Source: Paragordius varius (taxonomy: Eukaryota > Animalia > Nematomorpha). Taken from it: a stretch of 64,000 bases of DNA. The translations under genes and the position numbers were made by a program. The notes below the pieces were generated by a model that was not told the DNA's origin, made no database searches, and saw nothing but the letters and a program-made list of their open reading frames with translations. This document shows positions 9,738 through 24,400 of this stretch, one piece after another. The first letter of the stretch is position 1; each line of letters begins with the position of its first letter. The stretch is taken from positions 124,001 through 188,000 of the forward strand of contig OZ176054.1 in NCBI GenBank assembly GCA_964247055.1. Direction: 5' to 3'.

Positions 9738-12700
9738 GATGTGGCCATAATTTTTTTTGCGTAGGTCTATGGTAGTTTCATCATCACCCCAAATATTTTG
9801 GGGATCGGACTATAAATGTAATTTTTATGAATTTTTTAAATATTTAAAAAATTTATTTTATACGATTTTAAAAATAAAAATGGCTACCTAAAATCCAAAT
9901 TTGATCAGGTGATGTCACTATAATTTTTTTTGGGTAGCCCTATGGTAGTTCCATCATCACCCCAAATATTTTCGAGATCGGAGTATAAATGTAATTTTTA
10001 TGAATTTTTTAAATATTTAAAAAATTTATTTTATACGATTTTAAAAATAAAAATGGCTACCTAAAATCCAAATTTGATCAGGTGATGTCACTATAATTTT
10101 TTTTGGGTAGCCCTATGGTAGTTCCATCATCACCCCAAATATTTTGGGGATCGGACTATAAATGTAATTTTTATGAATTTTTTAAATATTTAAAAAATTT
10201 ATTTTATACGATTTTAAAAATAAAAATGGCTACCTAAAATCCAAATCTGATCAGGTGATGTCACCATAATTTTTTTTGTGTAGCCCTATGGTAGTTCCAT
10301 CATCACCCCAAATATTTTGGGGATCGGACTATAAATGTAATTTTTATGAATTTTTTAAATATTTAAAAAATTATTTTATACAATTTTAAAAATAAAAATG
10401 GCTACCTAAAATCCAAATTTGATCAGGTGATGTCACTATAATTTTTTTTGGGTAGCCCTATGGTAGTTCCATCATCACCCCAAATATTTTCGAGATCGGA
10501 GTATAAATGTAATTTTTATGAATTTTTTAAATATTTAAAAAATTTATTTTATACGATTTTAAAAATAAAAATGGCTACCTAAAATCCAAATCTGATCAGG
10601 TGATGTCACCATAATTTTTTTTGTGTAGCCCTATGGTAGTTCCATCATCACCCCAAATATTTTGGGGATCGGACTATAAATGTAATTTTTATGAATTTTT
10701 TAAATATTTAAAAAATTTATTTTATACAATTTTAAAAATAAAAATGGCTACCTAAAATCCAAATTTGATCAGGTGATGTCACTATAATTTTTTTTGGGTA
10801 GCCCTATGGTAGTTCCATCATCACCCCAAATATTTTCGAGATCGGAGTATAAATGTAATTTTTATGAATTTTTTAAATATTTAAAAAATTTATTTTATAC
10901 GATTTTAAAAATAAAAATGGCTACCTAAAATCCAAATTTGATCAGGTGATGTCACTATAATTTTTTTTGGGTAGCCCTATGGTAGTTCCATCATCACCCC
11001 AAATATTTTCGAGATCGGATAAATGTAATTTTTATGAATTTTTTAAATATTTAAAAAATTTATTTTATACGATTTTAAAAATAAAAATGGCTACCTAAAA
11101 TCCAAATCTGATCAGGTGATGTCACCATAATTTTTTTGGGTAGCCCTATGGTAGTTCCATCATCACCCCAAATATTGTCGAGATCGGAGTATAAATGTAA
11201 TTTTTTTGAATTTTTTAAATATTTAAAAAATTTATTTTATACGATTTTAAAAATAAAAATGGCTACCTAAAATCCAAATTTGATCAGGTGATGTCGCCAT
11301 AATTTTTTTTGCGTAGCCCTATGGTAGTTTCATCATCACCCCAAATATTTTGGGGATCGGACTATAAATGTAATTTTTATGAATTTTTTAAATATTTAAA
11401 AAATTTATTTTATACGATTTTAAAAATAAAAATGGCTACCTAAAATCCAAATTTGATCAGGTGATGTCGCCATAATTTTTTTTGGGTAGCCCTATGGTAG
11501 TTCCATCATAACCCCAAATATTTTTGAGATCGGACTTTAAATGTAATTTTTATGAATTTTTTAAATATTTAAAAAATTTATTTTATACGATTTTAAAAAT
11601 AAAAATGGCTACCTAAAATCCAAATTTGATCAGGTGATGTGGCCATAATTTTTTTTGCGTAGGTCTATGGTAGTTTCATCATCACCCCAAATATTTTGGG
11701 GATCGGACTATAAATGTAATTTTTATGAATTTTTTAAATATTTAAAAAATTTATTTTATACGATTTTAAAAATAAAAATGGCTACCTAAAATCCAAATTT
11801 GATCAGGTGATGTCACTATAATTTTTTTTGGGTAGCCCTATGGTAGTTCGATCATCACCCCAAATATTTTCGAGATCGGAGTATAAATGTAATTTTTATG
11901 AATTTTTTAAATATTTAAAAAATTTATTTTATACGATTTTAAAAATAAAAATGGCTACCTAAAATCCAAATTTGATCAGGTGATGTCACTATAATTTTTT
12001 TTGGGTAGCCCTATGGTAGTTCCATCATCACCCCAAATATTTTCGAGATCGGAGTATAAATGTAATTTTTATGAATTTTTTAAATATTTAAAAAATTTAT
12101 TTTATACGATTTTAAAAATAAAAATGGCTACCTAAAATCCAAATCTGATCAGGTGATGTCACCATAATTTTTTTTGTGTAGCCCTATGGTAGTTCCATCA
12201 TCACCCCAAATATTTTGGGGATCGGACTATAAATGTAATTTTTATGAATTTTTTAAATATTTAAAAAATTTATTTTATACAATTTTAAAAATAAAAATGG
12301 CTACCTAAAATCCAAATTTGATCAGGTGATGTCACTATAATTTTTTTTGGGTAGCCCTATGGTAGTTCCATCATCACCCCAAATATTTTCGAGATCGGAG
12401 TATAAATGTAATTTTTATGAATTTTTTAAATATTTAAAAAATTTATTTTATACGATTTTAAAAATAAAAATGGCTACCTAAAATCCAAATTTGATCAGGT
12501 GATGTCACTATAATTTTTTTTGGGTAGCCCTATGGTAGTTCCATCATCACCCCAAATATTTTCGAGATCGGATAAATGTAATTTTTATGAATTTTTTAAA
12601 TATTTAAAAAATTTATTTTATACGATTTTAAAAATAAAAATGGCTACCTAAAATCCAAATCTGATCAGGTGATGTCACCATAATTTTTTTGGGTAGCCCT

Positions 12701-13749
12701 ATGGTAGTTCCATCATCACCCCAAATATTTTCGAGATCGGAGTATAAATGTAATTTTTATGAATTTTTAAATATTTAAAAAATTTATTTTATACGATTTT
12801 AAAAATAAAAATGGCTACCTAAAATCCAAATTTGATCAGGTGATGTCACCATAATTTTTTTGGGTAGCCCTATGGTAGTTCCATCATCACCCCAAATATT
12901 TTGGGGATCGGACTATAAATGTAATTTTTATGAATTTTTTAATTTAAAAAATTTATTTTATACGATTTTAAAAATAAAAATGGCTACCTAAAATCCAAAT
13001 TTGATCAGGTGATGTCACCATAATTTTTTTTGGGTAGCCCTATGGTAGTTCCATCATCACCCCAAATATTTTCGAGATCGGAGTATAAATGTAATTTTTA
13101 TGAATTTTTTAAATATTTAAAAAATTTATTTTATACGATTTTAAAAATAAAAATGGCTACCTAAAATCCAAATTTGATCAGGTGATGACGCCATAATTTT
13201 TTTTGGGTAGCCCTATGGTAGTTCCATCATCACCCCAAATATTTTGGGGATCGGACTATAAATGTAATTTTTATGAATTTTTTAAATATTTAAAAAATTT
13301 ATTTTATACGATTTTAAAAATAAAAATGGCTACCTAAAATCCAAATTTGATCAGGTGATGTCGCCATAATTTTTTTTTGGTAGCCCTATGGTAGTTCGAT
13401 CATCACCCCAAATATTTTCGAGATCGGAGTATAAATGTAATTTTTATGAATTTTTTAAATATTTAAAAAATTTATTTTATACGATTTTAAAAATAAAAAT
13501 GGCTACCTAAAATCCAAATTTGATCAGGTGATGTCACTATAATTTTTTTTGGGTAGCCCTATGGTAGTTCCATCATCACCCCAAATATTTTCGAGATCGG
13601 AGTATAAATGTAATTTTTATGAATTTTTTAAATATTTAAAAAATTTATTTTATACGATTTTAAAAATAAAAATGGCTACCTAAAATCCAAATCTGATCAG
13701 GTGATGTCACCATAATTTTTTTTGTGTAGCCCTATGGTAGTTCCATCAT

Positions 13750-16700
13750 CACCCCAAATATTTTGGGGATCGGACTATAAATGTAATTTTTATGAATTTT
13801 TTAAATATTTAAAAAATTTATTTTATACAATTTTAAAAATAAAAATGGCTACCTAAAATCCAAATTTGATCAGGTGATGTCACTATAATTTTTTTTGGGT
13901 AGCCCTATGGTAGTTCCATCATCACCCCAAATATTTTCGAGATCGGAGTATAAATGTAATTTTTATGAATTTTTTAAATATTTAAAAAATTTATTTTATA
14001 CGATTTTAAAAATAAAAATGGCTACCTAAAATCCAAATTTGATCAGGTGATGTCACTATAATTTTTTTTGGGTAGCCCTATGGTAGTTCCATCATCACCC
14101 CAAATATTTTCGAGATCGGATAAATGTAATTTTTATGAATTTTTTAAATATTTAAAAAATTTATTTTATACGATTTTAAAAATAAAAATGGCTACCTAAA
14201 ATCCAAATCTGATCAGGTGATGTCACCATAATTTTTTTGGGTAGCCCTATGGTAGTTCCATCATCACCCCAAATATTGTCGAGATCGGAGTATAAATGTA
14301 ATTTTTATGAATTTTTTAAATATTTAAAAAATTTATTTTATACGATTTTAAAAATAAAAATGGCTACCTAAAATCCAAATTTGATCAGGTGATGACGCCA
14401 TAATTTTTTTTGGGTAGCCCTATGGTAGTTCCATCATCACCCCAAATATTTTCGAGATCGGAGTATAAATGTAATTTTTATGAATTTTTTAAATATTTAA
14501 AAAATTTATTTTATACGATTTTAAAAATAAAAATGGCTACCTAAAATCCAAATTTGATCAGGTGATGTCGCCATAATTTTTTTTGGGTAGCCCTATGGTA
14601 GTTCCTTCATCACCCCAAATATTTTCGAGATCGGAGTATAAATGTAATTTTTATGAATTTTTTAAATATTTAAAAAATTTATTTTATACGTTTTTAAAAA
14701 TAAAAATGGTACCTAAAATCCAAATTTGATCAGGTGATGTCACCATAATTTTTTTTGGTAGCCCTATGGTAGTTCCATCATCACCCCAAATATTGTCGAG
14801 ATCGGAGTATAAATGTAATTTTTTTGAATTTTTTAAATATTTAAAAAATTTATTTTATACGATTTTAAAAATAAAAATGGCTACCTAAAATCCAAATTTG
14901 ATCAGGTGCACCATAATTTTTTTTGGGTAGCCCTATGGTAGTTCCATCATCACCCCAAATATTTTCGAGATCGGAGTATGAATGTAATTTTTATGAATTT
15001 TTTAAATATTTAAAAAATTTATTTTATACGATTTTAAAAATAAAAATGGCTACCTAAAATCCAAATTTGATCAGGTGATGTCACCATAATTTTTTTTGGG
15101 TAGCCCTATGGTAGTTCCATCATCACCATAAATATTTTCGAGATCGGAGTATAAATGTAATTTTTATGAATTTTTTAAATATTTAAAAAATTTATTTTAT
15201 ACGATTTTAAAAATAAAAATGGCTACCTAAAATCCAAATTTGATCAGGTGATGTCACCATATTTTTTTTTGGGTAGCCCTATGGTAGTTCCATCATCACC
15301 CCAAATATTTTCGAGATCGGAGTATAAATGTAATTTTTATGAATTTTTTAAATATTTAAAAAATTTATTTTATACGATTTTAAAAATAAAAATGGCTACC
15401 TAAAATCCAAATTTGATCAGGTGATGTCACCATAATTTTTTTTGGGTAGCCCTATGGTAGTTCCATCATCACCCCAAATATTTTCGAGATCGGATAAATG
15501 TAATTTTTATGAATTTTTTAAATATTTAAAAAATTTATTTTATACGATTTTAAAAATAAAAATGGCTACCTAAAATCCAAATCTGATCAGGTGATGTCAC
15601 CATAATTTTTTTGGGTAGCCCTATGGTAGTTCCATCATCACCCCAAATATTGTCGAGATCGGAGTATAAATGTAATTTTTTTGAATTTTTTAAATATTTA
15701 AAAAATTTATTTTATACGATTTTAAAAATAAAAATGGCTACCTAAAATCCAAATTTGATCAGGTGATGTCGCCATAATTTTTTTTGCGTAGCCCTATGGT
15801 AGTTTCATCATCACCCCAAATATTGTCGAGATCGGAGTATAAATGTAATTTTTATGAATTTTTTAAATATTTAAAAAATTTATTTTATACGATTTTAAAA
15901 ATAAAAATGGCTACCTAAAATCCAAATTTGATCAGGTGATGTCACCATAATTTTTTTTGGGTAGCCCTATGGTAGTTCTATCATCACCCCAAATATTTTC
16001 GAGATCGGAGTATAAATGTAATTTTTATGAATTTTTTAAATATTTAAAAAATTTATTTTATACGATTTTAAAAATAAAAATGGCTACCTAAAATCCAAAT
16101 TTGATCAGGTGATGACGCCATAATTTTTTTTGGGTAGCCCTATGGTAGTTCCATCATCACCCCAAATATTTTCGAGATCGGAGTATAAATGTAATTTTTA
16201 TGAATTTTTTAAATATTTAAAAAATTTATTTTATACGATTTTAAAAATAAAAATGGCTACCTAAAATCCAAATTTGATCAGGTGATGTCGCCATAATTTT
16301 TTTTTGGTAGCCCTATGGTAGTTCCATCATAACCCCAAATATTTTTGAGATCGGACTTTAAATGTAATTTTTATGAATTTTTTAAATATTTAAAAAATTT
16401 ATTTTATACGATTTTAAAAATAAAAATGGCTACCTAAAATCCAAATTTGATCAGGTGATGTCACCATAATTTTTTTGGGTAGCCCTATGGTAGTTCCATC
16501 ATCACCCCAAATATTTTCGAGATCGGAGTATAAATTTAATTTTTATGAATTTTTTAAATATTTAAAAAATTTATTTTATACGATTTTAAAAATAAAAATG
16601 GCTACCTAAAATCCAAATTTGATCAGGTGATGTCGCCATAATTTTTTTGGGTAGCTCTATGGTAGTTCCATCATCACCCCAAATATTTTCGAGATCGGAG

Positions 16701-19700
16701 TATAAATGTAATTTTTATGAATTTTTTAAATATTTAAAAAATTTATTTTATACGATTTTAAAAATAAAAATGGCTACCTAAAATCCAAATTTGATCAGGT
16801 GATGTCACCATAATTTCTTTTGGTTAGCCCTATGGTAGTTCCATCATCACCCCAAATATTGTCGAGATCGGACTATAAATGTAATTTTTTTGAATTTTTT
16901 AAATATTTAAAAAATTTATTTTATACGATTTTAAAAATAAAAATGGCTACCTAAAATCCAAATTTGATCAGGTGATGTCACCATAATTTTTTTTGGGTAG
17001 CCCTATGGTAGTTCCATCATCACCCCAAATATTTTCGAGATCGGAGTATAAATGTAATTTTTATGAATTTTTTAAATATATAAAAAATTTATTTTATACG
17101 ATTTTAAAAATAAAAATGGCTACCTAAAATCCAAATTTGATCAGGTGATGTCACCATAATTTTTTTTGGGTAGCCCTATGGTAGTTCCATCATCACCCCA
17201 AATATTTTCGAGATCGGAGTATAAATGTAATTTTTATGAATTTTTTAAATATTTAAAAAATTTATTTTATACGATTTTAAAAATAAAAATGGCTACCTAA
17301 AATCCAAATTTGATCAGGTGATGTCACCATATTTTTTTTTGGGTAGCCCTATGGTAGTTCCATCATCACCCCAAATATTTTGGGGATCGGACTATAAATG
17401 TAATTTTTATGAATTTTTTAAATATTTAAAAAATTTATTTTATACGATTTTAAAAATAAAAATGGCTACCTAAAATCCAAATTTGATCAGGTGATGTCAC
17501 CATAATTTTTTTGGGTAGCCCTATGGTAGTTCCATCATCACCCCAAATATTTTCGAGATCGGAGTATAAATTTAATTTTTATGAATTTTTTAAATATTTA
17601 AAAAATTTATTTTATACGATTTTAAAAATAAAAATGGCTACCTAAAATCCAAATTTGATCAGGTGATGTCACTATAATTTTTTTTGGGTAGCCCTATGGT
17701 AGTTCCATCATCACCCCAAATATTTTCGAGATCGGAGTATAAATGTAATTTTTATGAATTTTTTAAATATTTAAAAAATTTATTTTATACGATTTTAAAA
17801 ATAAAAATGGCTACCTAAAATCCAAATTTGATCAGGTGATGTCACTATAATTTTTTTTGGGTAGCCCTATGGTAGTTCCATCATCACCCCAAATATTTTG
17901 GGGATCGGACTATAAATGTAATTTTTATGAATTTTTTAAATATTTAAAAAATTTATTTTATACAATTTTAAAAATAAAAATGGCTACCTAAAATCCAAAT
18001 TTGATCAGGTGATGTCACTATAATTTTTTTTGGGTAGCCCTATGGTAGTTCCATCATCACCCCAAATATTTTCGAGATCGGAGTATAAATGTAATTTTTA
18101 TGAATTTTTTAAATATTTAAAAAATTTATTTTATACGATTTTAAAAATAAAAATGGCTACCTAAAATCCAAATTTGATCAGGTGATGTCACTATAATTTT
18201 TTTTGGGTAGCCCTATGGTAGTTCCATCATCACCCCAAATATTTTCGAGATCGGATAAATGTAATTTTTATGAATTTTTTAAATATTTAAAAAATTTATT
18301 TTATACGATTTTAAAAATAAAAATGGCTACCTAAAATCCAAATCTGATCAGGTGATGTCACCATAATTTTTTTGGGTAGCCCTATGGTAGTTCCATCATC
18401 ACCCCAAATATTGTCGAGATCGGAGTATAAATGTAATTTTTATGAATTTTTTAAATATTTAAAAAATTTATTTTATACGATTTTAAAAATAAAAATGGCT
18501 ACCTAAAATCCAAATTTGATCAGGTGATGACGCCATAATTTTTTTTGGGTAGCCCTATGGTAGTTCCATCATCACCCCAAATATTTTCGAGATCGGAGTA
18601 TAAATGTAATTTTTATGAATTTTTTAAATATTTAAAAAATTTATTTTATACGATTTTAAAAATAAAAATGGCTACCTAAAATCCAAATTTGATCAGGTGA
18701 TGTCGCCATAATTTTTTTTGGGTAGCCCTATGGTAGTTCCTTCATCACCCCAAATATTTTCGAGATCGGAGTATAAATGTAATTTTTATGAATTTTTTAA
18801 ATATTTAAAAAATTTATTTTATACGTTTTTAAAAATAAAAATGGCTACCTAAAATCCAAATTTGATCAGGTGATGTCACCATAATTTTTTTTGGGTAGCC
18901 CTATGGTAGTTCCATCATCACCATAAATATTTTCGAGATCGGAGTATAAATGTAATTTTTATGAATTTTTTAAATATTTAAAAAATTTATTTTATACGAT
19001 TTTAAAAATAAAAATGGCTACCTAAAATCCAAATTTGATCAGGTGATGTCACCATATTTTTTTTTGGGTAGCCCTATGGTAGTTCCATCATCACCCCAAA
19101 TATTTTCGAGATCGGAGTATAAATGTAATTTTTATGAATTTTTTAAATATTTAAAAAATTTATTTTATACGATTTTAAAAATAAAAATGGCTACCTAAAA
19201 TCCAAATTTGATCAGGTGATGTCACCATAATTTTTTTTGGGTAGCCCTATGGTAGTTCCATCATCACCCCAAATATTTTCGAGATCGGATAAATGTAATT
19301 TTTATGAATTTTTTAAATATTTAAAAAATTTATTTTATACGATTTTAAAAATAAAAATGGCTACCTAAAATCCAAATCTGATCAGGTGATGTCACCATAA
19401 TTTTTTTGGGTAGCCCTATGGTAGTTCCATCATCACCCCAAATATTGTCGAGATCGGAGTATAAATGTAATTTTTTTGAATTTTTTAAATATTTAAAAAA
19501 TTTATTTTATACGATTTTAAAAATAAAAATGGCTACCTAAAATCCAAATTTGATCAGGTGATGTCGCCATAATTTTTTTTGCGTAGCCCTATGGTAGTTT
19601 CATCATCACCCCAAATATTGTCGAGATCGGAGTATAAATGTAATTTTTATGAATTTTTTAAATATTTAAAAAATTTATTTTATACGATTTTAAAAATAAA

Positions 19701-21463
19701 AATGGCTACCTAAAATCCAAATTTGATCAGGTGATGTCACCATAATTTTTTTTGGGTAGCCCTATGGTAGTTCTATCATCACCCCAAATATTTTCGAGAT
19801 CGGAGTATAAATGTAATTTTTATGAATTTTTTAAATATTTAAAAAATTTATTTTATACGATTTTAAAAATAAAAATGGCTACCTAAAATCCAAATTTGAT
19901 CAGGTGATGACGCCATAATTTTTTTTGGGTAGCCCTATGGTAGTTCCATCATCACCCCAAATATTTTCGAGATCGGAGTATAAATGTAATTTTTATGAAT
20001 TTTTTAAATATTTAAAAAATTTATTTTATACGATTTTAAAAATAAAAATGGCTACCTAAAATCCAAATTTGATCAGGTGATGTCGCCATAATTTTTTTTT
20101 GGTAGCCCTATGGTAGTTCCATCATAACCCCAAATATTTTTGAGATCGGACTTTAAATGTAATTTTTATGAATTTTTTAAATATTTAAAAAATTTATTTT
20201 ATACGATTTTAAAAATAAAAATGGCTACCTAAAATCCAAATTTGATCAGGTGATGTCACCATAATTTTTTTGGGTAGCCCTATGGTAGTTCCATCATCAC
20301 CCCAAATATTTTCGAGATCGGAGTATAAATTTAATTTTTATGAATTTTTTAAATATTTAAAAAATTTATTTTATACGATTTTAAAAATAAAAATGGCTAC
20401 CTAAAATCCAAATTTGATCAGGTGATGTCGCCATAATTTTTTTGGGTAGCTCTATGGTAGTTCCATCATCACCCCAAATATTTTCGAGATCGGAGTATAA
20501 ATGTAATTTTTATGAATTTTTTAAATATTTAAAAAATTTATTTTATACGATTTTAAAAATAAAAATGGCTACCTAAAATCCAAATTTGATCAGGTGATGT
20601 CACCATAATTTCTTTTGGTTAGCCCTATGGTAGTTCCATCATCACCCCAAATATTGTCGAGATCGGACTATAAATGTAATTTTTTTGAATTTTTTAAATA
20701 TTTAAAAAATTTATTTTATACGATTTTAAAAATAAAAATGGCTACCTAAAATCCAAATTTGATCAGGTGATGTCACCATAATTTTTTTTGGGTAGCCCTA
20801 TGGTAGTTCCATCATCACCCCAAATATTTTCGAGATCGGAGTATAAATGTAATTTTTATGAATTTTTTAAATATATAAAAAATTTATTTTATACGATTTT
20901 AAAAATAAAAATGGCTACCTAAAATCCAAATTTGATCAGGTGATGTCACCATAATTTTTTTTGGGTAGCCCTATGGTAGTTCCATCATCACCCCAAATAT
21001 TTTCGAGATCGGAGTATAAATGTAATTTTTATGAATTTTTTAAATATTTAAAAAATTTATTTTATACGATTTTAAAAATAAAAATGGCTACCTAAAATCC
21101 AAATTTGATCAGGTGATGTCACCATATTTTTTTTTGGGTAGCCCTATGGTAGTTCCATCATCACCCCAAATATTTTGGGGATCGGACTATAAATGTAATT
21201 TTTATGAATTTTTTAAATATTTAAAAAATTTATTTTATACGATTTTAAAAATAAAAATGGCTACCTAAAATCCAAATTTGATCAGGTGATGTCACCATAA
21301 TTTTTTTGGGTAGCCCTATGGTAGTTCCATCATCACCCCAAATATTTTCGAGATCGGAGTATAAATTTAATTTTTATGAATTTTTTAAATATTTAAAAAA
21401 TTTATTTTATACGATTTTAAAAATAAAAATGGCTACCTAAAATCCAAATTTGATCAGGTGATG
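13750..21463 (+). repeat. ~24-monomer tandem duplication whose second copy lacks 2 monomers (offset 4135 bp, then 3795 bp)
   Basis: Offset 4135: ggataaat 14118/18253, ccttc 14604/18739. Offset 3795: ccata 15126/18921, ggata 15492/19287, gctct 16654/20449, aaatttaa 17568/21363. The 340-bp difference equals the two shortened monomers (171+169) missing from copy 2. Confidence 0.88.
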
Positions 21464-24400
21464 ACGCCATAATTTTTTTTGGGTAGCCCTATGGTAGTTC
21501 CATCATCACCCCAAATATTTTCGAGATCGGAGTATAAATGTAATTTTTATGAATTTTTTAAATATTTAAAAAATTTATTTTATACGATTTTAAAAATAAA
21601 AATGGCTACCTAAAATCCAAATTTGATCAGGTGATGTCGCCATAATTTTTTTTGGGTAGCCCTATAGTAGTTCCATCATCACCCCAAATATTGTCGAGAT
21701 CGGAGTATAAATGTAATTTTTATGAATTTTTTAAATATTTAAAAAATTTATTTTATACGATTTTAAAAATAAAAATGGCTACCTAAAATCCAAATTTGAT
21801 CAGGTGATGTCACCATAATTTCTTTTGGGTAGCCCTATGGTAGTTCCATCATCACCCCAAATATTGTCGAGATCGGAGTATAAATGTAATTTTTTTGAAT
21901 TTTTTAAATATTTAAAAAATTTATTTTATACGATTTTAAAAATAAAAATGGCTACCTAAAATCCAAATTTGATCAGGTGATGTCACCATAATTTCTTTTG
22001 GGTAGCCCTATGGTAGTTCCATCATCACCCCAAATATTTTCGAGATCGGAGTATAAATGTAATTTTTATGAATTTTTTAAATATTTAAAAAATTTATTTT
22101 ATACGATTTTAAAAATAAAAATGGCTACCTAAAATCCAAATTTGATCAGGTGATGTCACCATAATTTTTTTTGGGTAGCCCTATGGTAGTTCCATCATCA
22201 CCCCAAATATTTTCGAGATCGGAGTATAAATGTAATTTTTATGAATTTTTTAAATATTTAAAAAATTTATTTTATACGATTTTAAAAATAAAAATGGCTA
22301 CCTAAAATCCAAATTTGATCAGGTGATGTCACTATAATTTTTTTGGGTAGCCCTATGGTAGTTCCATCATCACCCCAAATATTGTCGAGATCGGAGTATA
22401 AATGTAATTTTTTTGAATTTTTTAAATATTTAAAAAATTTATTTTATACGATTTTTAAAAATGGCTACCTAAAATCCAAATTTGATCAGGTGATGTCGCC
22501 ATAATTTTTTTTGCGTAGCCCTATGGTAGTTTCATCATCACCCGAAATATTTTGGGGATCGGACTATAAATGTAATTTTTATGAATTTTTAAAATATTTA
22601 AAAAATTTATTTTATACGATTTTAAAAATAAAAATGGCTACCTAAAATCCAAATTTGATCAGGTGATGTCACCATAATTTTTTTCGGGTAGCCCTATGGT
22701 AGTTCCATCATCACCCCAAATATTTTCGAGATCGGAGTATAAATGTAATTTTTATGAAATTTTTAAATATTTAAAAAATTTATTTTATACGATTTTAAAA
22801 ATAAAAATGGCTACCTAAAATCCAAATTTGATCATGTGATGTCACCATATTTATTTTTGGGTAGCCCTATGGTAGTTCCATCATCACCTCAAATATTGTC
22901 GAGATCGGAGTATAAATGTAATTTTTTTGAATTTTTGAAATATTTAAAAAATTTATTTTATACGATTTTAAAAATAAAAATGTCTACCTAAAATCCAAAT
23001 TTGATCAGGTGATGTCACCATAATTTTTTTGGGTAGCCCTATGGTAGTTCCATCATCACCCCAAATATTTTCGAGATCGGAGTATAAATTTAATTTTTAT
23101 GAATTTTTTAAATATTTAAAAAATTTATTTTATACGATTTTAAAAATAAAAATGGCTACCTAAAATCCAAATTTGATCAGGTGATGTCACCATAATTTTT
23201 TTTGGGTAGCCCTATGGTAGTTCCATCATCACCCCAAATATTTTCGAGATCGGAGTATAAATGTAATTTTTATGAATTTTTTAAATATTTAAAAAAATTT
23301 ATTTTATACGATTTTAAAAATAAAAATGGCTACCTAAAATCAAAATTTGATCAGGTGATGTCACCATAATTTTTTTTGGGTAGCCCTATGGTAGTTCCAT
23401 CATCACCCCAAATATTTTCGAGATCGGAGTATAAATGTAATTTTTATGAATTTTTTAAATATTTAAAAAATTTATTTTATACGATTTTAAAAATAAAAAT
23501 GGCTACCTAAAATCCAAATTTGATCAGGTGATGTCACCATAATTTTTTTTGGGTAGCCCTATGGTAGTTCCATCATCACCCCAAATATTTTCGAGATCGG
23601 AGTATAAATGTAATTTTTATGAATTTTTTAAATATTTAAAAAATTTATTTTATACGATTTTAAAAATAAAAATGGCTACCTAAAATCCAAATTTGATCAG
23701 GTGATGTCACCATAATTTTTTTTTAATAGCCCTATGGTAGTTCCATCATCACCCCAAATATTTTCGAGATCGGAGTATAAATGTAATTTTTATGAATTTT
23801 TTAAATATTTAAAAAATTTATTTTATACGATTTTAAAAATAAAAATGGCTACCTATAATCCAAATTTGATCAGGTGATGTCGCCATAATTTTTTTTGGGT
23901 AGCCCTATAGTAGTTCCATCATCACCCCAAATATTTTCGAGATCGGAGTATAAATGTAATTTTTATGAATTTTTTAAATATTTAAAAAATTTATTTTATA
24001 CGATTTTAAAAATAAAAATGGCTACCTAAAATCCAAATTTGATCAGGTGATGTCACCATATTTATTTTTGGGTAGCCCTATGGTAGTTCCATCATCACCT
24101 CAAATATTGTCGAGATCGGAGTATAAATGTAATTTTTTTGAATTTTTGAAATATTTAAAAAATTTATTTTATACGATTTTAAAAATAAAAATGGCTACCT
24201 AAAATCCAAATTTGATCAGGTGATGTCGCCATAATTTTTTTTTGGTAGCCCTATGGTAGTTCCATCATAACCCCAAATATTTTTGAGATCGGACTTTAAA
24301 TGTAATTTTTATGAATTTTTTAAATATTTAAAAAATTTATTTTATACGATTTTAAAAATAAAAATGGCTACCTAAAATCCAAATTTGATCTGGTGATGTC

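Noticed and set aside
21640-21670. Compensatory pair actata / tatagt in the ACCATA-TATGGT stem
   Set aside because: The tatagt allele occurs in monomers with gccata or accata, not actata, so there is no covariation.
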